Below are positions 56,471 through 64,000 of a stretch of 64,000 bases of DNA, piece after piece (within the stretch, counting starts at the first letter, position 1; each line of letters opens with the position of its first letter). The translations under genes and the position numbers were made by a program. This DNA is from Candidatus Pacearchaeota archaeon (GTDB lineage: Archaea; Nanobdellota; Nanobdellia; Pacearchaeales; GW2011-AR1), in assembly GCA_019659125.1 (NCBI GenBank), contig JAIFVX010000001.1, positions 15,437-79,436 on the forward strand, read 5' to 3'. The notes under the pieces were generated by a model that was not told the origin of the DNA, made no database searches, and saw only the letters and a list, made by a program, of their open reading frames with translations.

Positions 56471-58318
56471 ATGGCAGGAACAAGCAACATATATGGTGGA
56501 GGATATAGCCTAGAATCTAATTATTCTGATTACTCAGTGGGAAACATGAATTACAAAGTCCCCGTCTCTCAGTTTGGAGCACCCTCTGACCCTCGAACTG
56601 CAAATCAGCTACAGGCAGTATCCCAAAAATTGAACACCGGTCTAAAAACTATAGAGGTATCTGCGGTTGCCCTAGGCGGAGAGGCTATGAGCCTTATCGA
56701 CCAGATTCCCAAGCAGCAATTCCAGGAAATCAACCGACTGAAGAAATTGACAGGGGTTGATCTGACATTCCATGGCCCCTTAGTCGAAGCGACAGGCTTC
56801 GCAGGCAGGCAGGGGTGGAGTGAGATGGATAGGGAGCAGGCAGAGAGGCAGATGTTCTCCGCTGTGGAAAGAGGCCAGAAGCTTGATCCTGACGGTAATA
56901 TAGTGATAACATTCCACTCAAGCAATGGTTTACCTGAGCCTGTCACTGAAGTCATCAATGAACAAGGAAAGAAAGAAATAACGAGTGTCTGGCTTATTGA
57001 TGAGCGGGATGGAAAATTCGCTCAGATTAAACCCAAAGAAAGCTATTGGGAAGGAAAAAAATATGACGAGCCTGGAAAAATAAATGAGCTGATACAAAAA
57101 CACAATCAAAGTGAGTGGGAAGAACAGCTTCAGAGAGTAAACTACAATCTTCTTCAAGGAACAAACCTTATTGACAATGCTCTTAACCTCGATAAAGTGC
57201 AGAATAGGATTGAAAAACCCGAGCTCCTCAATTACTATAAGACCTATACAGAGAATGCAGAGGAAGGGGACAAAAGAATCCAGCGTCTAGGAGAGTTTGC
57301 TCCCGTGATAAAAGATAAACTGCGCGAGATAACCCAGGGGCAAATCGCCTTAAGCAATACCTATAGTGCATTCCAGAACCTCTATGACGATGCCTACTAT
57401 GCCGCACAAAAAAGCAAATCGACGGATGACCAGAAGAAGCTTGACGCACTGAGAGCAGAAATCTCCCCCAAACTTCACAACATAAAAGACCCTGACAAAA
57501 TTCCAGAGCTTGCCGATGCGCTTCTGCGGGGAATCAACGTTCTGAAGTCCATAGAACCTCCCAAAATCCTAAGGCCATTGCATGATTTCGCCATTGACAA
57601 GGCCTCTGAAACCTTTTCGAATGTTGCCTATAAATCATACAAAGAATTCAAAGAAAAAGCTCCGATCATTAGCATAGAAAATCCTCCTGCAGGAGGCGGA
57701 CAAAGTGGTTTAAGCCGTGCAGAAGACTTGAGAAGATTAGTAGACGAATCACGAAAGAAGTTTGCTGAAAAAGCTATGAAGGAAGGTATGTCCAAATCAG
57801 ATGCAGAATTCCAGGCTGAAAAGCTCATTGGAGTCACGTGGGACGTTGGCCATATTAACATGATTAGAAAGTATGGTTATAGCGAGAAAGATGTCATTAA
57901 AGAATCAGAGAAAATAGGGGACTACGTGAAGCACGTCCATCTTTCCGATAACTTTGGTCTTGAACATACAGAGCTTCCTATGGGGATGGGTAATGTTCCT
58001 ACCAAGGAAATCTTACAGCTCAATGAAAAATACAAACAGGCGAAGAAAATCATCGAAACGGGAGGATGGTTTAAGGATTTCAAGATCACTCCCTTCAACG
58101 AAACACTAAGAGCGTTTAATTCTCCTATCTATGGGATGCAGATGGCCCCTTCATGGGGAACAGCAGCAGGAAGGCAAGGGGGATATTTCGCGGGATATGG
58201 GACATTCCTTCCTGAACAGCACTTCTCGATGTATGGTTCAGGGTTTGCTAATCTTCCTGTTGAGCTCGGAGGACAGATGTCTGGAAGAAACAGGCTCTCC
58301 GGTGCACCAATTGAGTAG
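56471..58318 (+). CDS. Xylose-isomerase-like/AP endonuclease 2 TIM-barrel protein with a large helical insertion
   Basis: LTFHGP, ITFHSS, ISIEN, TWDVGH, HVHLSDN, MGMGNVP, IIE metal-site motifs. Confidence 0.8.
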   Translation: MAGTSNIYGGGYSLESNYSDYSVGNMNYKVPVSQFGAPSDPRTANQLQAVSQKLNTGLKTIEVSAVALGGEAMSLIDQIPKQQFQEINRLKKLTGVDLTFHGPLVEATGFAGRQGWSEMDREQAERQMFSAVERGQKLDPDGNIVITFHSSNGLPEPVTEVINEQGKKEITSVWLIDERDGKFAQIKPKESYWEGKKYDEPGKINELIQKHNQSEWEEQLQRVNYNLLQGTNLIDNALNLDKVQNRIEKPELLNYYKTYTENAEEGDKRIQRLGEFAPVIKDKLREITQGQIALSNTYSAFQNLYDDAYYAAQKSKSTDDQKKLDALRAEISPKLHNIKDPDKIPELADALLRGINVLKSIEPPKILRPLHDFAIDKASETFSNVAYKSYKEFKEKAPIISIENPPAGGGQSGLSRAEDLRRLVDESRKKFAEKAMKEGMSKSDAEFQAEKLIGVTWDVGHINMIRKYGYSEKDVIKESEKIGDYVKHVHLSDNFGLEHTELPMGMGNVPTKEILQLNEKYKQAKKIIETGGWFKDFKITPFNETLRAFNSPIYGMQMAPSWGTAAGRQGGYFAGYGTFLPEQHFSMYGSGFANLPVELGGQMSGRNRLSGAPIE

Positions 58319-58347
58319 TAAACATTTAAAAGTATCATAATCGTCTA

Positions 58348-59202
58348 ATGCGCATGGCAAAAAAGGGTGTGGGCGTTTCTAAAAAAGAACGAAAAGAGGA
58401 TGCTGAACCCCGAAAAATCACTTTTACTACCGAAAAAGAAATTGCAATGGATTTTGCGCTTAAAGTGCATAGACGTTTTGACAGGATCATAAAAGCATCC
58501 ATTTTATTCGGCTCTCAGGCAACAAACACTGCCACCTCCTCATCGGATATTGATATTGTCCTTATCTTGGATGATGCATCCATAAATTGGGATATGGAAC
58601 TTGTCTCGTGGTATCGAGAAGAGCTGGCGAAGATGGTAAGCAATGCAGAATATAATCGGGATCTGCATATCAATTCAGTGAAATTGACGACATGGTGGCA
58701 TGACTTGTTGTATGGGGACCCCGTGGTCATCAATATTCTACGATATGGAGAAGGCCTTATTGATACGGGAGGATTCTTTAGTCCTTTGAAAGCATTATTG
58801 CTGCAGGGAAAAATCCGTTCAACACCTGAAGCGGTCTACTCTGCATTGCAAAGATCACCAATGCATCTTGCACGGTCTCGTGCTTCCGAAATGGGCGCCA
58901 TTGAAGGAGTATACTGGGCAATGACCGATGCGTCACAGGCAGCACTTATCACGGCTGGAAAAATGCCTCCCAGTCCTGAGCATATTCCTCTCTTTCTAAA
59001 AGAGACCTTTGTAGATAGAGGAATGCTTAAGATGAATCATGTGAATGCATTACGGGATATCTATCTTCTTCATAAATCGATCTCTCACGGAGAAACAACT
59101 AAGATTCGTGGTGTTGATATCGACCGCTGGCATGACATAGCAGAAACATTCATGAAAGAAATGACGCGTATTATCGACGCGTTGTTGGAATCTAAAAAAT
59201 AA
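58348..59202 (+). CDS. Minimal nucleotidyltransferase (MNT) fused to a HEPN-like domain
   Basis: LFGSQA...SSDIDIV; C-terminal YWAM..ASQAAL...PPSPEH...HKSISHG helical bundle. Confidence 0.8.
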   Translation: MRMAKKGVGVSKKERKEDAEPRKITFTTEKEIAMDFALKVHRRFDRIIKASILFGSQATNTATSSSDIDIVLILDDASINWDMELVSWYREELAKMVSNAEYNRDLHINSVKLTTWWHDLLYGDPVVINILRYGEGLIDTGGFFSPLKALLLQGKIRSTPEAVYSALQRSPMHLARSRASEMGAIEGVYWAMTDASQAALITAGKMPPSPEHIPLFLKETFVDRGMLKMNHVNALRDIYLLHKSISHGETTKIRGVDIDRWHDIAETFMKEMTRIIDALLESKK

Positions 59203-59949
59203 TTAAGCTACAGTTTGATACAACTCTTCGCTTGCTCTCTCTGCATCTTTTCCACCCTTCTTGACAGCAGCCTTAAGATTCTGATATGCATATGTGTCTT
59301 GAGTATATGCTCCAAACGATGCATCCATTCTTTGTTTAGATGAACCAGCAGCAATCTGAAGCATCTGAACCGCATGTCGTGTATCAGCAGATGAATAAAT
59401 ATTTGCTACCATGTCCGAAAACTTTTCAGGATCATTATCTTCAAGTCTCAACTTAACAGCTTCTCTTATGAGAGAAGCGCTTTGGTTGATAGCATTACTC
59501 TGTTTCAGAGGATTTTGTGTAGCAAGATCCTGAAGAGCATTCTCCAGTTTCTTAAAATTCTCATGAAGAGGGACTATTTCATCATGCTCTTTCTTTCCAA
59601 TCTTATATGGGGTAATACCCATATAGTTATCAGCAAATTCCTTCTTATGTGTACCATATGCATAATCAACAATATCGTCAGCATCACTCTTGAATGTTTC
59701 ATATGATTTTCTCGTGAATCGCCTGGCAAGAGCATCACCAGTCTGTAAAGCAAGGCTATCAGGACTTTGAGGTGTAATAACAAGGTTTCCAGCAGTTTGG
59801 TTTACAATATTTTCAAGAAATCCTCTTCCTGCAATTCTGTTCTTTGCATCATCTCCAACGAGAGCTTGAGAGGCCTTCGTTAACTTATCGCTTGTTCCAG
59901 CATAAGCTACGAACTCGTCAAACAAATCTTTTGTAGGTGTTTTTGCCAT
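59203..59949 (-). CDS. Hypothetical helical protein
   Basis: ORF from ATG 59949 (MAKTP), TATA box about 20 nt upstream. Confidence 0.7.
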   Translation of the reverse strand: MAKTPTKDLFDEFVAYAGTSDKLTKASQALVGDDAKNRIAGRGFLENIVNQTAGNLVITPQSPDSLALQTGDALARRFTRKSYETFKSDADDIVDYAYGTHKKEFADNYMGITPYKIGKKEHDEIVPLHENFKKLENALQDLATQNPLKQSNAINQSASLIREAVKLRLEDNDPEKFSDMVANIYSSADTRHAVQMLQIAAGSSKQRMDASFGAYTQDTYAYQNLKAAVKKGGKDAERASEELYQTVA

Positions 59950-60011
59950 ACTAATCCACTGCACAAACCCTATTTAAATCTTTCTATTGTAAGAACTAAC
60001 GAGTAGTAACA

Positions 60012-62525
60012 TCAGAACACATTGACGGTTCTGTCCTCACGGAGCTCATTGACAGGTTTTTCCTCTTCAGCACTCATCGCATCATTCAGTAAAGGGATAT
60101 CATTCTTCTCCGCTCCCGATGGGCTATACTCAGACTTCTCAAGCTCATGAATGACCACATCCTCTATATCATCTGAATTATAGGCAAACGCCCGGACAGG
60201 CTGGGCCTGCATTTCAAGAGGTGGAGGGCTTGCAGATGCACTCTCCTCTTTCCTTTCTTCTTTCTTTTGCTCCTTCTCAATCTCGGCGATCAATGAGCTG
60301 ACTTTATGCGCCGCATCAGCATTGACTGAGATGCTGTCAATACCCTCTCCCACGAGGAATCGAGCCATGTCCTCCCTACTTCCTGCCTGACCGCATAATG
60401 AGCTCTCGACCCCATACTTCCTACATTTTCGTATAACATATCGTAGAGAATTCAAGACAGCAGGATGCATCTCGGTATAAAGGTCTTGCACTTCAGTGTT
60501 ATTCCTGTCAAGGGCAAGGGTGTATTGTGTCAAATCATTGGTGCCAAAGCTGATGAAGTTGATGCCTTCCTCGCATAGCTCGTTGATAATCTGCACCGCT
60601 GCAGGTGTCTCCACCATGATCCCAAGAACAACATTGCTTGGAATACCAAGCTCGCGAGCAAGTTCCTTAGTCCTTCGTACCTCATCAACACTAATGACTT
60701 GAGGCATCATGATTCCAATCTTCTTATCAGGGAATGTATTTGCAACCCTGAATGCTGCGCTGATTTCGGCCTTCAATATTTCAGGGTGCTTCAAGCTATA
60801 GCGAATTCCATGGTCTCCCAACATCGGATTCCCCTCATTGAGTTTCGGAGAGCCCTCAAGATTCCTGTATTCATCACTTCTGATATCTGAGGTCCTGACC
60901 CATATCTCTTTGAAAGGTGTTGCAATGGTGTGCAATCCTTTGTAGACAACCTCGATATAGTCATTGATCTTGTTATGATTGACGAAGTGAAGCGGATGTT
61001 TTCCTGAACGTCCGATAATACCCTCTAATCGGACAAGACCAACAGAGGTTGCTTTTGATAGTGCAGCCCGCTCAGCATATTCAGGAAGGTCAACAATGAC
61101 CTTGATTTTTGTCTTAGTAGGCACAACTGGTAATATTTCCACCTCTTTTGTCTCACCTTTGCCTTCCAACACCTTTCCTATATTTCCATCAACGGTAATC
61201 ATCTGTCCATCATGAAGCGTTTCCGTAGCACTGCCCGTACCTACAACAGCAGGGATTCCCATCTCGCGGGAGACAATAGCTGCATGAGAGGTTATTCCAC
61301 CCTCATTAGTAACAATAGCGCTTGCTCGTTCCATGGCAATTACCATGTCCGGATTAGTCATTTCCGTGACAAGAACATCTCCTTTCATGACCTTGCTCAA
61401 TTCAGACTCATCATGGATGATTTTTACAGGTCCTGTGCCTACCCCTGGACTTGCTCCAAGTCCGGAAAGAAGCACGCTACCAATAGAAGCAGCCTGATGC
61501 TGCTGTTCCTTATGGAGCGTCGTGATTGGCCGTGATTGCACAATGAATAACTCACCCTTGCTGATGCAAAACTCTATATCTTGAGGCTTTCCATAATGCT
61601 TTTCAAGCTCCATACCATATGAAGCCAGTCTTTTTATCTCATAATTACTCAAAACCTGCTGGGTTGCCCGATCAGACGTGAGCTTGACAACCGTGGTTTT
61701 TCCTGAAGAATCTCGGACAATAGCACTTTTTTTCTCATTGACCTTTGTTTCCTTAATCGTTTCATCGTCCCTACCAACCATGTAATGATCAGGTTTTATC
61801 CTTCCTGATACGATTCCTTCACCAAGTCCCCAGACAGCCTCAATCACTACATTATTATCATGCTTGACAGGATTTCGTGAGAACATGACTCCAGACTTAT
61901 CAGAATCAATCATCTTCTGAACAACGACAGCAAGATAAGAAGAATTTCCAAACCCTTTCTTTATTCTATAATAAATGGCTCTGGCATTGAAAAGTGATGA
62001 GAAACACTGCTTTACCTTCCGGATAAGCTCGACATGCCCTTTTACATTCACATAACTGTCCTGCTGGCCAGCAAAGCTTGCATCAGCCAGGTCTTCAGTC
62101 GTTGCAGAGCTTCTGACAGCAACAAAAGGAGGCTCATGAGAATTTTTTAATATCCCTTTTGCATGCCCATGCACATTCTCAAGGCTCTGTTTATCGACGT
62201 CTAGAATATCGTAAGCCTCAATGATCTCCTCTTCCAAATCTTTGGGCAACTTGGCATTTTCAATGAGGGAGCGTATCTTTTCAGAGGCTTTCTGCAATAC
62301 CTTAGTATCCTCAATATCAAGGTGCTCTAGAATAGAATCAATCTCTTGTTTCAATCCGGCATGCTCGATAAAATAAGCGTATGCCTGGGCAGTTATCACG
62401 AACCCTGGCGGTATAGGGAATTTAAAATTATACATCTCTGCCAGGCTCGCGCCCTTGCCCCCAGCAATAGAGATATCTTTATTGCTCAGCTCAGAGAACC
62501 ACTTTACCAGCCCCTCTTTTTCCAT
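60012..62525 (-). CDS. ppsA: Phosphoenolpyruvate synthase
   Basis: GGKGASL, AVRSSATTEDL..ASFAGQ, QSRPIT, GGITSHAAIVSRE, MVETP, SFGTNDLTQ. Confidence 0.95.
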   Translation of the reverse strand: MEKEGLVKWFSELSNKDISIAGGKGASLAEMYNFKFPIPPGFVITAQAYAYFIEHAGLKQEIDSILEHLDIEDTKVLQKASEKIRSLIENAKLPKDLEEEIIEAYDILDVDKQSLENVHGHAKGILKNSHEPPFVAVRSSATTEDLADASFAGQQDSYVNVKGHVELIRKVKQCFSSLFNARAIYYRIKKGFGNSSYLAVVVQKMIDSDKSGVMFSRNPVKHDNNVVIEAVWGLGEGIVSGRIKPDHYMVGRDDETIKETKVNEKKSAIVRDSSGKTTVVKLTSDRATQQVLSNYEIKRLASYGMELEKHYGKPQDIEFCISKGELFIVQSRPITTLHKEQQHQAASIGSVLLSGLGASPGVGTGPVKIIHDESELSKVMKGDVLVTEMTNPDMVIAMERASAIVTNEGGITSHAAIVSREMGIPAVVGTGSATETLHDGQMITVDGNIGKVLEGKGETKEVEILPVVPTKTKIKVIVDLPEYAERAALSKATSVGLVRLEGIIGRSGKHPLHFVNHNKINDYIEVVYKGLHTIATPFKEIWVRTSDIRSDEYRNLEGSPKLNEGNPMLGDHGIRYSLKHPEILKAEISAAFRVANTFPDKKIGIMMPQVISVDEVRRTKELARELGIPSNVVLGIMVETPAAVQIINELCEEGINFISFGTNDLTQYTLALDRNNTEVQDLYTEMHPAVLNSLRYVIRKCRKYGVESSLCGQAGSREDMARFLVGEGIDSISVNADAAHKVSSLIAEIEKEQKKEERKEESASASPPPLEMQAQPVRAFAYNSDDIEDVVIHELEKSEYSPSGAEKNDIPLLNDAMSAEEEKPVNELREDRTVNVF

Positions 62526-62611
62526 TCCTTAGAAAAAACAAACAGAGTTAATAAAGATTACTGAGAGAGTTAAAACTAAATAAAAAAGAAAAAACATAAT
62601 TCTACGAAGGC

Positions 62612-62872
62612 TTAACGCCTTCTGTTGTTGAACATCCTGACTATGAACAGTAGGATGACGGCTCCGACAATGGCGGCGATAATCTGCATGACAAGGCCTC
62701 CCGTTCCAATTCCAATAGCGCTAAAAATGAGGCCTCCAATCAAAGCTCCGATCACACCGACAATTAAGTCTCCAATGAGTCCAAAGGCAACTCCCTTAAC
62801 CATAATGTCGGCTAGGAAACCCGCCAATAACCCGATACCGAGAAAGACTAGTATACTTATTGCATCAGCCAT
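62612..62872 (-). CDS. GlsB/YeaQ/YmgE (transglycosylase-associated) membrane protein
   Basis: GLLAGFLA, GLIGDLIVGVIGALIGG, AIVGAVILL; SD AGGAGGTG upstream. Confidence 0.88.
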   Translation of the reverse strand: MADAISILVFLGIGLLAGFLADIMVKGVAFGLIGDLIVGVIGALIGGLIFSAIGIGTGGLVMQIIAAIVGAVILLFIVRMFNNRRR

Positions 62873-62962
62873 AGGTAACACCTCCTTTTAGCTTTTTAGA
62901 ATGAATAGAAAGGTGTATATTATATCCAATCCTCTTCTCTATTTAAACCTTTTTCCACCCGG

Positions 62963-63670
62963 CTAATATGAATTATACGAATAAGCCCCAACTTCATATC
63001 TAATATCGCCTTTGCTATCTTTTACTTCAGTAATTTTCAGATAATCGAATGGTGTAAAATAGATTTCTTTTCCTTCTAATAAATGCACCAATTCCTTACC
63101 TTCACTTGGAGAGGAAGCAATACGCGTCTTAACAAATGCTTGAGCCAACTCATCAATCGTTTTAATACTATTATGCCGACAAATACAAAAACCGATAGTG
63201 CAACTTTTCAACACTCTTCCACCCTTTCTAGCTCTTTCTTCCAAAGTTCCATAAAACTTTTCAGGGATTGCCCGAGCCATTATTTCCAATATGTTATCAT
63301 CAAACGATGATTTTTTCTTTATCTTCTTGGATTGCTTTTTAGAACCTTTTTCAGATGTTTTATCAGAAACTTTGTATTTATTCCCATAGATTTGTTCTTC
63401 CACTTCGGGATGAAGAGTAAAATAAGTTAGTTCTGCATACAACATATTCTCATTTGTAGATTCCAGCTCGATTCTGTTACCTTGAGTTGTATAAATGACC
63501 TTCTTTCCCTTCTCCATATATAATGTGTGTGGTTTCTTTGTCTCCATCGAGGAGTCTCTAGGTCGACTTTCATTTATCGATGGAACAGACATGGTTTTTC
63601 CCTCAAGAGAACTATTTGACACGGGATCGGTTCGAGGTCTTTCCATTAATCCTTCATCTTCTAATGTCAT
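62963..63670 (-). CDS. Hypothetical protein
   Basis: 235-aa ORF with TATA box; possible S4-like motif AFVKTRIASSPSEGKELV. Confidence 0.65.
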   Translation of the reverse strand: MTLEDEGLMERPRTDPVSNSSLEGKTMSVPSINESRPRDSSMETKKPHTLYMEKGKKVIYTTQGNRIELESTNENMLYAELTYFTLHPEVEEQIYGNKYKVSDKTSEKGSKKQSKKIKKKSSFDDNILEIMARAIPEKFYGTLEERARKGGRVLKSCTIGFCICRHNSIKTIDELAQAFVKTRIASSPSEGKELVHLLEGKEIYFTPFDYLKITEVKDSKGDIRYEVGAYSYNSY

Positions 63671-63731
63671 AAAAATAAACCCTAGAAGCTATATTTAAAG
63701 CTTTCTTTTTAATTACCTGGCAGTTACAGAA

Positions 63732-64000
63732 TTAAGCAACTTTCTCAAAAGTAATGCGGGTCTTGCACGGCACTTTCGACCGAACAGTGGCAAGCGCATC
63801 CCGGGCGATCTTTGCAGCCTTCTCATTCTGGCATGCGATGAAGAACAGCTGCTGTCCCGGCTTCACTATTGCAGCTCGTCCGATGACAATGCCAAAGGAT
63901 TGTGTCATTCCAGTAGAGATTCTGTCTGCTCCTGCCATTCCACCAGCGCTTTTGTTCTCTCGCTGAAGATGATGGGGGAATACCTTGACGTTAAAATAGA
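63732..64000 (-). CDS. rpl10e: 50S ribosomal protein uL16 (L10e), 3' part
   Basis: KVFPHHLQRENK...AGADRISTGM..SFG..IGRAA; the ORF runs off the window end. Confidence 0.93.
   Translation of the reverse strand, partial: YFNVKVFPHHLQRENKSAGGMAGADRISTGMTQSFGIVIGRAAIVKPGQQLFFIACQNEKAAKIARDALATVRSKVPCKTRITFEKVA

Noticed and set aside
359-63966. Many short ORFs antisense to or nested in recognised genes
   Set aside because: Shadow frames of well-supported genes, with no motifs or promoters of their own

Overview
This is 64 kb of gene-dense archaeal chromosome. Archaeal EF-1alpha, EF-2, RpoH/B/A, NusA, uL16 (L10e) and a class III-signal pilin are present, and TATA-like TTTAAATA/TTTATAAA boxes lie about 20-30 nt before many start codons. 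The single-chain RpoA, mostly leaderless genes and many orphan ORFs suggest a DPANN lineage, probably Pacearchaeota-like (inference). The window contains: (i) a fragmented rpoH-rpoB-rpoA-nusA-rps12-rps7-fusA-tuf locus with orphan genes inserted; (ii) a nucleotide-metabolism region (non-canonical pyrE/pyrF, MazG-like, thioredoxin, a dCTP deaminase-Nudix fusion facing a standalone Nudix paralog, class II RNR nrdJ, and nrdR with tandem NrdR boxes); (iii) repair, membrane and tRNA-related genes, three aminoacyl-tRNA synthetases and two tRNAs; (iv) a membrane-anchored T4-type lysozyme, a surface receptor with a degenerate nucleotide cyclase domain, and an unknown + TIM-barrel + MNT-HEPN cluster. 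No CRISPR array, rRNA, transposase or integrase was seen. All functional calls are from motif recognition by eye, without database searches.
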